IMG/VR virus record: IMGVR_UViG_3300048694_001134
Span: 11,656 to 75,655 of that record
Source of the DNA: a virus
DNA length: 64,000 nucleotides
Direction: 5' to 3' (one strand)
Positions within the stretch are counted from its first letter, which is position 1. Each line of letters opens with the position of its first letter. The position numbers and the translations under genes are program-made. The notes under the pieces were generated by a model, which was not told the DNA's origin, ran no database searches, and worked only from the letters and a program-made list of their open reading frames with translations. Shown here in pieces: positions 27,480 to 40,089 of this stretch.

Positions 27480-28190
27480 ATGGCAAATAAATTACAAATT
27501 AAAAGAACATCGGTATCAGGTCGGGCACCAAACACAACAAACGCCGCAAACACAACATACATCGATGCAGGCGAGCTTGCGTTAAACTTAGCAGATGGTA
27601 AGTTGTTTAGCTCGAACGGAGCTGGGCTTATCGAGTTTGGTACAGGGACGCCCGTATACGATTCGACGGGTACGTTGCTAACAAACACGTATATGACATA
27701 CGTTGCAATGGGTGCATTGCAAACAAACGTAACTCCAGCAACAGATAACATTATATCCGTAGGTCAGATTCTCTATCGTTTTGCAGATGGTTACTTTGCT
27801 GGTACTCTTTCTGTCGGCAACACGTCCGTCAATACACAGATAACAAGCAGTAAAGTCACAACACCTTACCTGACACTAACGGGCGCCGGTAATGCAGCAT
27901 TGATTGATACAACAAACAGCAATGCATCGTATGCAAACGGAGCAGCAGTGCACTTCCCCAACTTTTCAGGAATGATTATTGTCAATAACACCGGTACAAC
28001 AGGACAGGTTGCACTACATCTTTGTGGTGGGGGCTCTGTCGGTGTTTTGGGATATAGCGGCACCGGTGTTCCACACAAGACGGGCACAATCACATCCAAC
28101 GTAACAAACAACGGTTATACTTGGGTCAACGATAGTGGTGCAACGGACACCTTTAGCTTTGCCGTAATCAAGACACGTGCCGGCGCCTAA
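27480..28190 (+). CDS. Short fibre-like protein
   Basis: Same N-terminal module LQIKRTS...AGELALNLADGKLF as the 24034 gene. Confidence 0.65.
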   Translation: MANKLQIKRTSVSGRAPNTTNAANTTYIDAGELALNLADGKLFSSNGAGLIEFGTGTPVYDSTGTLLTNTYMTYVAMGALQTNVTPATDNIISVGQILYRFADGYFAGTLSVGNTSVNTQITSSKVTTPYLTLTGAGNAALIDTTNSNASYANGAAVHFPNFSGMIIVNNTGTTGQVALHLCGGGSVGVLGYSGTGVPHKTGTITSNVTNNGYTWVNDSGATDTFSFAVIKTRAGA

Positions 28191-28215
28191 TCCTAAATAA
28201 GCAAAAGGAGTAGAT

Positions 28216-28959
28216 ATGGCCGTTCCAGCAACAAGATCACAATTCAAAGAATACTGCCTGCGTAAGTTGGGCAAACCCGTCATTGAAATTAACGTTGATG
28301 ATGATCAGGTTGAGGACCGTATTGACGAGGCAATCCGTTATTACTGGGATTACCATTTCGATGGTACGGAGAAGGTGTACTACAAACACCAAGTATCTCA
28401 GCAAGATATAGACAATAGATATATCACTCTTCCCGAAAACATTATTGGTGCTGTCCGGGTATTTCCTATTGGGGACCCGTCAATCCGTTCGGATGATATG
28501 TTTAATATCCGTTACCAGATTGCTCTCAACGACCTGTACACACTGACTGCTTACTCGATGTTGCCATACTATATGGCCATGCAGCACCTCGCTTTAATTT
28601 CTGAATTCCTTGTTGGCCAACAACCGATTCGATATAGTCGCCACCGCGACCGCTTGTACATTGATACCAAGTGGACAAATTATAACGTTGGCGACTTCCT
28701 TTTAATCGAAGCGTATGAAGTTCTTGATCCTGATACGTTTAGTGATATGTGGGCCGATCGTTGGCTGCAGAACTACGCAACAGCAAAGATCAAGTACCAG
28801 TGGGGGTCAAATCTGACAAAGTTTACCGGTATGCAGTTACCAGGTGGTGTACAGTTCAACGGTGAAAAGATATTTGACGATGCTAAAACAGAAATCGAAG
28901 TGATGGAAAAAGAAATGATTTCCAGTTACTCATTGCCAGTAATGGACATGATAGGATAA
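28216..28959 (+). CDS. gp13: Neck protein gp13
   Basis: YCLRKLGKPVIEINVDDDQVEDRIDEA, QWGSNLTKF.GMQLPGGV. Confidence 0.95.
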   Translation: MAVPATRSQFKEYCLRKLGKPVIEINVDDDQVEDRIDEAIRYYWDYHFDGTEKVYYKHQVSQQDIDNRYITLPENIIGAVRVFPIGDPSIRSDDMFNIRYQIALNDLYTLTAYSMLPYYMAMQHLALISEFLVGQQPIRYSRHRDRLYIDTKWTNYNVGDFLLIEAYEVLDPDTFSDMWADRWLQNYATAKIKYQWGSNLTKFTGMQLPGGVQFNGEKIFDDAKTEIEVMEKEMISSYSLPVMDMIG

Positions 28960-28962
28960 GTT

Positions 28963-29733
28963 TTGGCAACCAACTTCTTTTTCAACAACTTCCAAAACAG
29001 CGGTGAGCAGCTGTTAATAGAAAATCTGATTATAGAATCTATCAAGATCTATGGTCACGATGTCTATTTCATACGTCGAAGAACTCGTAACGTGGATAAG
29101 ATCTTCAATGAAGATCCACTACATGAGTACACAGACGCGGTACTGGTGGAGATGTACATAAAGAACGTTGATGGGTTTGGCGGGGATGGTGATTTCTTGT
29201 CTAAATTCAATTTACAAATTCGTGATCAAATAACCTTTTCAATTGCACGCCGCACGTTTGCGGATGAAGTCGGTTCTGTAGCAACCGCACCGCCGACCGC
29301 TGATTTGTCCGTGGAACAGCTCGCAACGATAGAACGCGACCGTCCGCTTGAAGGTGATTTAATATATTTTCCATTGAATAAGAAGCTTTTTGAAATAAAA
29401 TTTGTCGAGCATGAAGCTATATTTTATCAGATGGGAGCTCTTCAAACATACGATCTGCGCTGTGAGTTGTTCGAGTACAACAATGAATACTTTGATACAG
29501 GAATATTGGAAATCGATAGAATGTCCGATTCCTATTCTCTTTCTTCAGACCTCTTTGGTTTGATGACAGAGTCGGGACTGTTTATTACCGATGAAGAAGG
29601 ACATCCGTTGCTTTTAGAATCGTATGATATTGTTGAGAATGATCCTACAGCGGATAACGAAATAATAGAAGTAGAGGCAGACGGTATTATTGATTTTACC
29701 GAACGTGATCCTTTCAGTGAAGGAACATACTAA
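28963..29733 (+). CDS. gp14: Neck protein gp14 (TTG start)
   Basis: EQLLIENLIIESIKIYG, RPLEGDLIYFP, CELFEY, DFTERDPF. Confidence 0.93.
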   Translation: MATNFFFNNFQNSGEQLLIENLIIESIKIYGHDVYFIRRRTRNVDKIFNEDPLHEYTDAVLVEMYIKNVDGFGGDGDFLSKFNLQIRDQITFSIARRTFADEVGSVATAPPTADLSVEQLATIERDRPLEGDLIYFPLNKKLFEIKFVEHEAIFYQMGALQTYDLRCELFEYNNEYFDTGILEIDRMSDSYSLSSDLFGLMTESGLFITDEEGHPLLLESYDIVENDPTADNEIIEVEADGIIDFTERDPFSEGTY

Positions 29734-30529
29734 TGCTAGGCCATACATTCTATCACGGGCTTGTACGAAAGTATGTTGCGTTGTTTGGAACGCTTTTCAA
29801 TGACATTCACATTAACCGTCCTGATCCAGACAAAAATATAACACATTCGATCAAAGTACCAATCTCCTACGGACCAAGAGAAAAAACGCTTGCTCGTGTA
29901 ACGGCAGATCCAGACTTGAATAAAATGCCAGCAATCCAGCTGCCCCGCATGTCGTTTGAGTTGCTTGATATGACATACGCTACCAGTCGTAAACTTAATA
30001 CGCTCGGCAAACGATACAAAGTGGATCCTGGTTCTCCTAATGACTTGAAGTATCAATACAATCCAGTACCGTACGATCTTCGCTTTTCACTCTCCATCAT
30101 GGTGAAGAATACAGACGATGGTACCCGTATAGTGGAGCAAATACTTCCCTACTTTACACCCGAGTGGACAACGACGGTACATTTAATTCCAGAGATGGAC
30201 ATTGTTATGGATATACCGATCGTGCTTACAGACGTTTCTGTGAGTGATGATTACGAAGGTAACTTTGAACAAAGAAGAGCTGTTATATGGACGTTGAACT
30301 TTACCTTAAAGGGGTATTTGTTTGGTCCTGTACGTCGAGGTGGTGTAATCAAGTTTACAGAAACAAATATATACAACAGCCTGGCAGCAAATGTTCAACT
30401 GCAGACCGTCGGTATACAGCCCGGCCTGACAGCTAATGGACAACCTACATCAAACGCAAATACAAGCGTTGGTATTGAGTCAATTGATGCACAGGATAAT
30501 TTTGGATATGTTGTTACGATTACAGAACC

Positions 30530-30533
<4 letters not shown>
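29733..30533 (+). CDS. gp15: Tail sheath stabiliser/terminator gp15
   Basis: FGTLFNDI, KVPISYGPREK, LPRMSFE, EQILPYFTP. Confidence 0.95.
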
Positions 30534-32591
<2,058 letters not shown>

Positions 32592-32604
32592 GAAAACCCA
32601 GAAT

Positions 32605-32612
32605 TATAAATA
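32605..32612 (+). promoter_or_regulatory. T4-type late promoter TATAAATA
   Basis: Exact consensus upstream of gp18. Confidence 0.85.
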
Positions 32613-32666
32613 CCAGGAACCAAACTTTCGTTTCTAAAATAATAATACCTCAGAGGGGAGATAAAC

Positions 32667-34736
32667 ATGCCATTTCAAGTTAGTCCTGGCGTAAATGTAT
32701 CTGAAATTGATCTGACCACAGTCGTCCCCGCTGTTTCTACTACAGAAGGTGCTCTCGCCGGTGTATTCCGTTGGGGCCCAGTAGAAAAGCGCACTCTCGT
32801 CGACTCAGAAGCAAATTTAGCTGCAAGATTTGGTAAGCCAACCAATCATAATGCCGAAACATTCTTCACAGCAGCAAACTTTTTGTCTTACGGCAACAAG
32901 CTGTACATTGCTCGTGTAGCCAATACCACTTCTTCTAACACTTCCGTTGTTGTTCGTAACGCTGTTGCAAACATCGCGGCTATCAGTGATCTGAATGATT
33001 TTATTATTAAAAATGACGATCACTACGAAACAAAAACATTCTCTGCTGATTTGGATGCAAAGTATGTTGCAAAATATCCAGGGGCACTTGGTAACTCACT
33101 AAAGATTTCCGTCTGCGATTCCGCAGCCGGCTACACTTCGACAGCAAACCTCGATAACGGTGGCGGTAACCTAAGCTCCTCACTTGGTAACGTTAGCATC
33201 TCCGTCGGTCAGAGCAACGTTGTTGTTAACATTGCTGTTGGTAACGGTGTTATTGCAAACGCAACAACCTACGCAAATACACTAGCAACTGGTATTACTG
33301 TTGGCGACTACATTCAAGTCGGCAACTCATCTATCGGTCTTCAATACATGAAGGTTGCTTCTGTTAGTAACGTCTCTAACACGTCTTCCGTAGCCACGTT
33401 CACAATTGTAACAGAAGATATCTACAGCCTTGCGCAAGATTATTCAACAACAAGCGGTCTTACACGTAAATGGGAGTACTTCAACGTTGTTGATAAGGCT
33501 CCTGGCACATCCGTATATCAATCAACTTTTGGTGCTAACACGTCAGCGATCGATGAGATCCACGTCGTCGTGGTTGATGAAAATGGTGCATTCACAGGCG
33601 TACCTGGAACAGTGTTGGAAGTGTTCTCTTCTATGTCTCGTGCAACAGATGCAAAGACAGAAGACGGAGCAACAAACTTCTGGCAAACTGTTATCAACCA
33701 AACGTCAAATTATGTCTGGTGGACAAATGAGCGCTCTGGTGCAACAAGCGCAGCAGCTGCTTCTCTAGCATCACCTTCTACAACAACGCCTCTGACTCTT
33801 ACCTTCCAAGGCGGCTCAGACGGTCTTGATGAAAACAACGTTGCAGTAGGTACCGTGTTGGCGGGTTACGACCTGTTTGCATCTGCTGAGGATGTTGACG
33901 TGTCGCTCGTTCTTACAGGCGTTTCTCGTGGCGGTACAAACGGCGAGCAAATTGCTAACTACCTGATCGACAACGTTGCAGAGCGTCGTAAAGATTGCGT
34001 CGTGTTTGTGTCTCCACAAAAAGCTGACGTTGTTAACAACGCAGGAAACGAAGCAAGCGATACTGTTACTTTCCGTAACTCTCTACGCAGCACCTCTTAT
34101 GCTGTACTGGATTCCGGTTACAAATATCAGTACGACAAATACAACGATTTGTATCGTTGGATTCCTCTGAACGGCGACGTCGCAGGTCTCTGTGTACGTA
34201 CTGATGAGCAGCGTGACGCATGGTGGTCTCCAGCTGGTTTCAACCGTGGTCAAGTTAAGAACATTGTTAAGCTCGCTTTCAACCCACGTCAAGCGGATCG
34301 CGATATTCTTTACAAAGCGGGCGTTAACCCTGTCGTTACGTTCCCTGGACAAGGTACTGTATTGTACGGCGACAAGACGTTGCTTGCAAAACCAAGCGCA
34401 TTCGACCGTATCAACGTTCGTCGCTTGTTTATTGTCTTGGAAAAAGCGATTGCAACAGCTACTAAGTTTACACTGTTCGAATTCAACGATGATTTTACTC
34501 GTGCTCAGTTCCGTAATCTCGTTGAGCCGTTCCTACGTGATGTCCAAGGACGTCGCGGTATCTACGACTTCAAGGTGATTTGTGACACAACAAACAATAC
34601 CGGTGAAGTAATTGATCGCAATGAGTTTATTGGTGACATCTATGTCAAGCCAGCAAAGAGTATCAACTTTATCCAGTTGAACTTTGTTGCTGTAAGAACA
34701 GGTGTTGAGTTCTCCGAAATTGTCGGTCAGTTTTAA
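32667..34736 (+). CDS. gp18: Tail sheath protein gp18
   Basis: SPGVNVSEIDLT, WSPAGFNRG, FDRINVRRLF, KPAKSINFI. Confidence 0.97.
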   Translation: MPFQVSPGVNVSEIDLTTVVPAVSTTEGALAGVFRWGPVEKRTLVDSEANLAARFGKPTNHNAETFFTAANFLSYGNKLYIARVANTTSSNTSVVVRNAVANIAAISDLNDFIIKNDDHYETKTFSADLDAKYVAKYPGALGNSLKISVCDSAAGYTSTANLDNGGGNLSSSLGNVSISVGQSNVVVNIAVGNGVIANATTYANTLATGITVGDYIQVGNSSIGLQYMKVASVSNVSNTSSVATFTIVTEDIYSLAQDYSTTSGLTRKWEYFNVVDKAPGTSVYQSTFGANTSAIDEIHVVVVDENGAFTGVPGTVLEVFSSMSRATDAKTEDGATNFWQTVINQTSNYVWWTNERSGATSAAAASLASPSTTTPLTLTFQGGSDGLDENNVAVGTVLAGYDLFASAEDVDVSLVLTGVSRGGTNGEQIANYLIDNVAERRKDCVVFVSPQKADVVNNAGNEASDTVTFRNSLRSTSYAVLDSGYKYQYDKYNDLYRWIPLNGDVAGLCVRTDEQRDAWWSPAGFNRGQVKNIVKLAFNPRQADRDILYKAGVNPVVTFPGQGTVLYGDKTLLAKPSAFDRINVRRLFIVLEKAIATATKFTLFEFNDDFTRAQFRNLVEPFLRDVQGRRGIYDFKVICDTTNNTGEVIDRNEFIGDIYVKPAKSINFIQLNFVAVRTGVEFSEIVGQF

Positions 34737-34764
34737 TAATAAATAAAACAAAGGAGAACAAAAC

Positions 34765-35316
34765 ATGGCGTTTAATGTAAACGAAATTAGAAGTCAACTT
34801 GCGCTTGGCGGCGCACGTGGCAATCTGTTCCAAGTTACATTCACCAATCCAGCGAACGGCATTGCAGATATTAAGGTGCCGTTCATGGTGAGATCTACAT
34901 CTATTCCTGAGTCAACGCTCGGTACTATTGAAGTGCCGTACTTTGGTCGTAAGGTAAGATTAGCTGGTGATCGTACATTTGGCGATTGGTCCGTCACAGT
35001 CATCAACGATGAAGACTTCCTAATCCGCAATGCAATGGAAGAATGGTCAAGCAAGATTAACTCTAATCAAACGAACCTCCGTGGGTTTGGCGCTGCTTCC
35101 CCTCTTCTATATAAATCAACAGCGGAAGTAACACAATTCTCAAAGACTGGTGTACCGATCCGTTCGTATAAATTCAATGGTATTTTCCCATCGAACATTT
35201 CATCAATTGACCTCAACTGGGGCGATACGGATTCGATTGAGGAATTCAACGTAACCTTCCAGTACGACTGGTGGGAAGTGAGTGGTGGCGTTACCGGCGA
35301 CGGTGGCGGAGCTTAA
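34765..35316 (+). CDS. gp19: Tail tube protein gp19
   Basis: GGARGNLF, AGDRTFGDWSVTVINDEDF, IEEFNVTFQY. Confidence 0.95.
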   Translation: MAFNVNEIRSQLALGGARGNLFQVTFTNPANGIADIKVPFMVRSTSIPESTLGTIEVPYFGRKVRLAGDRTFGDWSVTVINDEDFLIRNAMEEWSSKINSNQTNLRGFGAASPLLYKSTAEVTQFSKTGVPIRSYKFNGIFPSNISSIDLNWGDTDSIEEFNVTFQYDWWEVSGGVTGDGGGA

Positions 35317-35317
35317 T

Positions 35318-35350
35318 AAGAGCGAGCGCTTTAACGGCGCTCATTCTTTT
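35318..35350 (+). terminator. Probable hairpin/terminator after gp19
   Basis: GAGCGC-tttaacg-GCGCTC stem followed by attctttt. Confidence 0.5.
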
Positions 35351-35361
35351 ATGGAGTAAAT

Positions 35362-36957
35362 ATGGCAAATTTCTTTGGCTTCGAGATCCGCCGCGCGGAT
35401 CCGGAGAAAGAGCAGGACAAACAACCTTCCTTTGCACCAGAAGTTCATGACGATGGTGCTGTCGTTGTTGCTGCCGGTGGTGCCTATGGAACGTATATTG
35501 ATTTACAAGGTGCAGCAAGAACGGAAGCGGAGCTTGTAACAAAGTACCGTGAAATGTCCATGCACCCGGAAGTAGAACGTGCGGTAACGGACGTCCTCAA
35601 TGAAGCAATTATTGTTGAAGATAAGCAAAAGATTGTTCAGATAAATCTTGACGATGTGAAGTTGTCTTCTAATATTAAAAAGCTGATAACGACGGAATTT
35701 GAAAATATCCTCAATCTGCTGAACTTCAATAAATCTGCTTTCGATATTTTTAAGCGCTGGTACATCGACGGTCGTATCTACTACCATATTATTATTGATA
35801 CGAGCAAACCATCTGATGGTATAAAAGAGCTTCGTTATATTGATCCTCGTAAGCTGCGTAAGATACGTGAGATTAAGCGCAAGCGTGACAAGCAAGCAAA
35901 CGTGACAATGACACAAACTCACCAAGAGTATTTTGTGTACAACGAACGTGGGTTTCAAAATAAGGCCGGCGAGATAGGCACAAACTCAGCTGTACAAGGT
36001 CTTAAGATTGCTACTGATAGTATTGTGCATGTTACTTCTGGTGTACTTGATCCAAACAATACGGTTGTCCTTTCCTTCCTGCATCAAGCGATCAAACCTC
36101 TCAATCAATTAAGAGCGTTGGAAGATGCAACTATTGTATACCGTATATCACGCGCGCCTGAGCGCCGTATATTCTACATTGACGTTGGCAACTTACCAAA
36201 AATGAAAGCTGAGCAGTATCTACGCGATATGATGCAACGTCATAAAAACAAGGTTGTGTATGACGCATCGACAGGCGAGGTGCGCGACGATCGTAAGTTC
36301 ATGACGATGCTTGAAGATTACTGGCTACCGCGCCGTGAAGGTAGTCGTGGAACGGAGATAACAACTTTGCCAGCAGGCCAAAACCTAGGTGAGCTTGCAG
36401 ACGTTGAGTATTTCCAAAAGAAACTGTACGAGTCATTGAATGTTCCTGCTACCCGTTTGCAATCGGAAGGCACATTTAATTTTGGTCAAGATTCGGAAGT
36501 ATCTCGTGATGAAATGAAGTTTGTCAAATTTATTGATAGACTCCGTACTCGTTTCAACGAGTTGTTCCTTGTTGCATTAGAAAAGCAATTGATTTTGAAA
36601 AACGTCATGACAGAAGACGACTGGGAGTCAATTGCTAGTAACATTACTTTCGACTATGCAAAAGACAACTATTTTGAACAACAAAAAATATCTATTGTAT
36701 TGCGTGACAGATTGAACACGCTTATACAAATTCAACCATTTGTCGGCATGTATTATTCGAACGAATGGGTACGCAAGAATGTTCTTTATCAATCTGATGA
36801 AGAGATTGAAGAAATGGATGAGCAATCCGTGAGCGAGCAAGAAAACCCTCTATACCAGCAACAAGCCGCTGGTGAAGGAAATGCACCGCAAGATCAAGCG
36901 CCAGGTGGACCTCAAGGTGGTGTTAGTTCTGTTGCACCGGGTGAACAGAATAACTAA
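35362..36957 (+). CDS. gp20: Portal protein gp20
   Basis: YRISRAPERRIFYIDVGNLPK, EDYWLPRREG, TEITTLP. Confidence 0.97.
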   Translation: MANFFGFEIRRADPEKEQDKQPSFAPEVHDDGAVVVAAGGAYGTYIDLQGAARTEAELVTKYREMSMHPEVERAVTDVLNEAIIVEDKQKIVQINLDDVKLSSNIKKLITTEFENILNLLNFNKSAFDIFKRWYIDGRIYYHIIIDTSKPSDGIKELRYIDPRKLRKIREIKRKRDKQANVTMTQTHQEYFVYNERGFQNKAGEIGTNSAVQGLKIATDSIVHVTSGVLDPNNTVVLSFLHQAIKPLNQLRALEDATIVYRISRAPERRIFYIDVGNLPKMKAEQYLRDMMQRHKNKVVYDASTGEVRDDRKFMTMLEDYWLPRREGSRGTEITTLPAGQNLGELADVEYFQKKLYESLNVPATRLQSEGTFNFGQDSEVSRDEMKFVKFIDRLRTRFNELFLVALEKQLILKNVMTEDDWESIASNITFDYAKDNYFEQQKISIVLRDRLNTLIQIQPFVGMYYSNEWVRKNVLYQSDEEIEEMDEQSVSEQENPLYQQQAAGEGNAPQDQAPGGPQGGVSSVAPGEQNN

Positions 36958-36975
36958 ATAAAATGGAGAAAAAAG

Positions 36976-37221
36976 ATGAGTGAAAAACAATTTACTATTG
37001 CTGACATGATTAACGCTGCACGTGCGGAAAGTCCAAGCGAATTTGAAACAGCATTTAACTCAATGATTGTTGATCGAGTGGCAGACGTTGTTGATGTAGC
37101 AAAAGAAGTTATTGCTCGAGATTACTTTAATGCTGATGAGGAGCAATCATCAGAAGAAGAAAAAGAGGAAACCCCTGATGAAAACATTGAAGCAGATATT
37201 GGAAGCGGCGAAGAAGCCTGA
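36976..37221 (+). CDS. Small acidic prohead core protein (gp67-like)
   Basis: Position after gp20, about 80 aa, very acidic C-terminus. Confidence 0.55.
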   Translation: MSEKQFTIADMINAARAESPSEFETAFNSMIVDRVADVVDVAKEVIARDYFNADEEQSSEEEKEETPDENIEADIGSGEEA

Positions 37222-38047
37222 AGTTCCACAACCATCAGCTCCTATTGAGCCTGACTCTATTACTGCGTTTGTTCCTAAAACAAAAGATGAAAAGCGCTTT
37301 ATGGACAAGCACGTAGTCCAAAAAAAGGATGACGCGAATGGTAACGGTGATGATGTTTTTAGAGCATCAAATATTAATTACAGCGACCGTACACCAACAC
37401 GTCATGGATACAATGCTGGTGAAGATCAAAAAGTGTATGAGGAAAAGAACGTGAAAACTTTAGCACAGGTTCTAGGTGAAAAGCATTTGACCCCAGCGGA
37501 AAAAAAGAAGCGTGAAGATATTGCTCAGGGAATTGAAAAGTCGAGCCCAGGTATGTCAATGGGCAAGAAAATGGCAATTGCTACTGCAAAAGCAAAACAA
37601 GTCGCTGAAGAAGTTGAAGATTTGGATGAAGCAGTACGTCACGAACAATACGCAACATACCATGCAGGTGTTAAGGATATGTTGAAGAAGATTGGTGAGC
37701 ATGTTGACGGCCACAAAGAAGCAGCAATGTCACCAACGGAATATAATAAAGAAAAGGGTGCAAGCATGCACTCTGGCCACGTGTATGCAATGAAGAACCT
37801 TCATCGCACACTTCAAGACATGCATGATGACCTGCAGCAAGCAGTTGAATATGCTAAGCCACCGAAGCCTATCAAAATGAAAGAAGAGCTCGATCTTTTT
37901 GCTTGCTTCAGTGAAGAAACAAAAAAACAAGTCGAGCAAGTATTTGAGCAGCTTGATGATGATAACAAACAAATCATTATTGAAATGATTGAAGCAGAAG
38001 ATTACGACACAGTTGTTGAAGTTGTTCAGGAGGTGCTAAATGCCTGA
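37178..38047 (+). CDS. Hypothetical head-associated/internal protein
   Basis: Start MKTLKQILE after RBS gagg; charged modular protein between gp20 and gp21. Confidence 0.55.
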   Translation: MKTLKQILEAAKKPEVPQPSAPIEPDSITAFVPKTKDEKRFMDKHVVQKKDDANGNGDDVFRASNINYSDRTPTRHGYNAGEDQKVYEEKNVKTLAQVLGEKHLTPAEKKKREDIAQGIEKSSPGMSMGKKMAIATAKAKQVAEEVEDLDEAVRHEQYATYHAGVKDMLKKIGEHVDGHKEAAMSPTEYNKEKGASMHSGHVYAMKNLHRTLQDMHDDLQQAVEYAKPPKPIKMKEELDLFACFSEETKKQVEQVFEQLDDDNKQIIIEMIEAEDYDTVVEVVQEVLNA

Positions 38048-38306
38048 TGTAATCAAACTTAAAGGACCTACTGTCACTCTTACAACAACAGCAAACGCTG
38101 TCGGTAATGCGACTATTGTTCGTATTGTTCATAGCAGTGCTGGTAACGCGGATCGTATTCTAACTCAATCATATGCAAATGGTACGGCAATTGCAAATAC
38201 ATACCTTCTTGCCGGCGAGACGTTGTATCTTTTGAAAGGTACAACAGATACGCTAAAGACTGATAACGGTACAGACGTTTTTGCAACACCGGTTGCTTAC
38301 AGTTAA
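38040..38306 (+). CDS. Small beta-rich hypothetical protein
   Basis: RBS ggagg, 88 aa, fills the gap before gp21. Confidence 0.6.
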   Translation: MPDVIKLKGPTVTLTTTANAVGNATIVRIVHSSAGNADRILTQSYANGTAIANTYLLAGETLYLLKGTTDTLKTDNGTDVFATPVAYS

Positions 38307-38314
38307 GGACTAAC

Positions 38315-38974
38315 ATGAAGCTGATCACGGAATTAAACGAAGAAGTTAAGTATTTGATCGAAGAGCGCGAAGGCAAGAAGCACGTATACGTGGAAGGTGT
38401 TATTATGCAAGGCAACATTGTTAACCGCAATGGTCGCATGTATGGAATTAATATCTTGGAAAAAGAAATGGGCCGCTACAACGAGCAGTACGTTTCGAAG
38501 AACCGCGCGTATGGTGAGCTTGGTCATCCATCTGGTCCGACTATCAACCTTGAGCGTGCATGTATCATGTTTAAGAAGTTGTATCGTGAAGATAATAACA
38601 TTCTTGGCCGTGCAAAGGTTCTCGATACTCCAATGGGTAACATTGTCAAGGGATTAATTAGTGAAGGCGCTTCGCTGGGTATTTCATCTCGTGGCATGGG
38701 CAGTATAAAAGAAACAAAAGACGGTATCATGGAAGTACAAGATGACTTCTTCCTTGCAACGGCAGGTGATATTGTTGCGGACCCTTCAGCTCCGGATGCT
38801 TTTGTGCGAGGAATTATGGAAGGTGTTGAGTGGGTTTGGGATAACGGTCTTCTCAAAGCCCAGAGACTAGAACAATTCAAGGAACAAATTAATCGTGGCG
38901 CTCGTCAGAGAATATCTGAGGAGACAGCAATTAATGTATTTAAACAGTTCCTCTCTGACCTTTCGAAAAGTTAA
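38315..38974 (+). CDS. gp21: Prohead protease gp21
   Basis: NRNGRMY, GELGHP, GISSRGMGS, DIVADPSAPDAFV. Confidence 0.96.
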   Translation: MKLITELNEEVKYLIEEREGKKHVYVEGVIMQGNIVNRNGRMYGINILEKEMGRYNEQYVSKNRAYGELGHPSGPTINLERACIMFKKLYREDNNILGRAKVLDTPMGNIVKGLISEGASLGISSRGMGSIKETKDGIMEVQDDFFLATAGDIVADPSAPDAFVRGIMEGVEWVWDNGLLKAQRLEQFKEQINRGARQRISEETAINVFKQFLSDLSKS

Positions 38975-38977
38975 TTT

Positions 38978-38985
38978 TATAAATA
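38978..38985 (+). promoter_or_regulatory. T4-type late promoter TATAAATA
   Basis: Exact consensus upstream of gp22. Confidence 0.85.
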
Positions 38986-39009
38986 AATAAAAATCATAAG
39001 GAGCTTTAA

Positions 39010-40035
39010 ATGACTGTTAACAAAAAACAATTGGAAGAAAAGGTCCAAACCGGCGGAGGCGCTACTGGTGTTTCACACACAGCTGATCCTGTCGACAAGA
39101 AGGCTACTCTTCCTGCTTCCAATCTTGGCAACGGCGAGTCAATGAATACTATTGCTCACATCCAGCCAGGCGAAGGTGAGCAAGATACAGATACGGAAAA
39201 CAACGTTAAGACAACAAAAGACGCAGCAGGTTCAAACAAGGCCTCTGTTGCTATGAAGGGCAGCGATGCAACTCCTGGCCAGTCTTACAGTTTTGTTCCT
39301 AACAGTGTTAAGGAAGACATCGACGCTATGTTCAATGGTAGCGAGCTGTCAGAAGACTTCAAAGAAAAAGCAACAACAATTTTTGAAGCAGCTGTTGTCG
39401 CTAAAGTAAATGAAGCTGTTACAGATTTGGAAGAGCAGTACAATACCGCTCTTGCAGAGGAAGTTGCTCGTATTGAAGACGAGATTACAAACAAAATTGA
39501 TCAGTACATGGATTATGTTGCTGAACAATGGCTTGAGCAAAACCAGGTTGCTGTCGAAGCATCTCTAAGAACAGAAATTACAGAGAGTTTTATTAACGAT
39601 CTGAAGTCTCTATTTGAACAACACAACATTAACGTCCCAGAAGACAAATTCGAAGTCGTTGAAGAGTTGAGAGATGAAGTAGCATCCGTTCAAGCACGCT
39701 TGGATCAAGTCATGGAAGAAAACATGGCTCTGAAGAACGACTTGAACGAAGCAGCACGCACGCAAATTCTTGCAGATGTTGCTGAAGGTCTTGCCGCTAC
39801 TCAAGCAGAAAAGCTGACTGCTCTTGCAGAAGGTGTCGAGTTTGATACAGCTGAAAGCTATCGTAAGAAGTTGGAAATTGTCAAAGAGAACTATTTCCCT
39901 TCTGAGAAGCCTGTTGCTGGTGCTAAAGCTCTCATGGAACAAGTGGAAGAAAGCAGCGAACAACCAGCTTCGGCTCCTGCCAATAGCATTGTGTCACAAT
40001 ACGCAAAAGCTATTTCCAGAACGGTTAAAAAATAA
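39010..40035 (+). CDS. gp22: Prohead core scaffold gp22
   Basis: LSEDFKEKATTIFEAAV, YMDYVAEQWL, KENYF. Confidence 0.93.
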   Translation: MTVNKKQLEEKVQTGGGATGVSHTADPVDKKATLPASNLGNGESMNTIAHIQPGEGEQDTDTENNVKTTKDAAGSNKASVAMKGSDATPGQSYSFVPNSVKEDIDAMFNGSELSEDFKEKATTIFEAAVVAKVNEAVTDLEEQYNTALAEEVARIEDEITNKIDQYMDYVAEQWLEQNQVAVEASLRTEITESFINDLKSLFEQHNINVPEDKFEVVEELRDEVASVQARLDQVMEENMALKNDLNEAARTQILADVAEGLAATQAEKLTALAEGVEFDTAESYRKKLEIVKENYFPSEKPVAGAKALMEQVEESSEQPASAPANSIVSQYAKAISRTVKK

Positions 40036-40040
40036 TTCTT

Positions 40041-40048
40041 TATAAATA
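40041..40048 (+). promoter_or_regulatory. T4-type late promoter TATAAATA
   Basis: Exact consensus upstream of gp23. Confidence 0.85.
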
Positions 40049-40089
40049 AAAATATCCAACTTAACTACAACAAGAAGGGGAAGAAGAAA

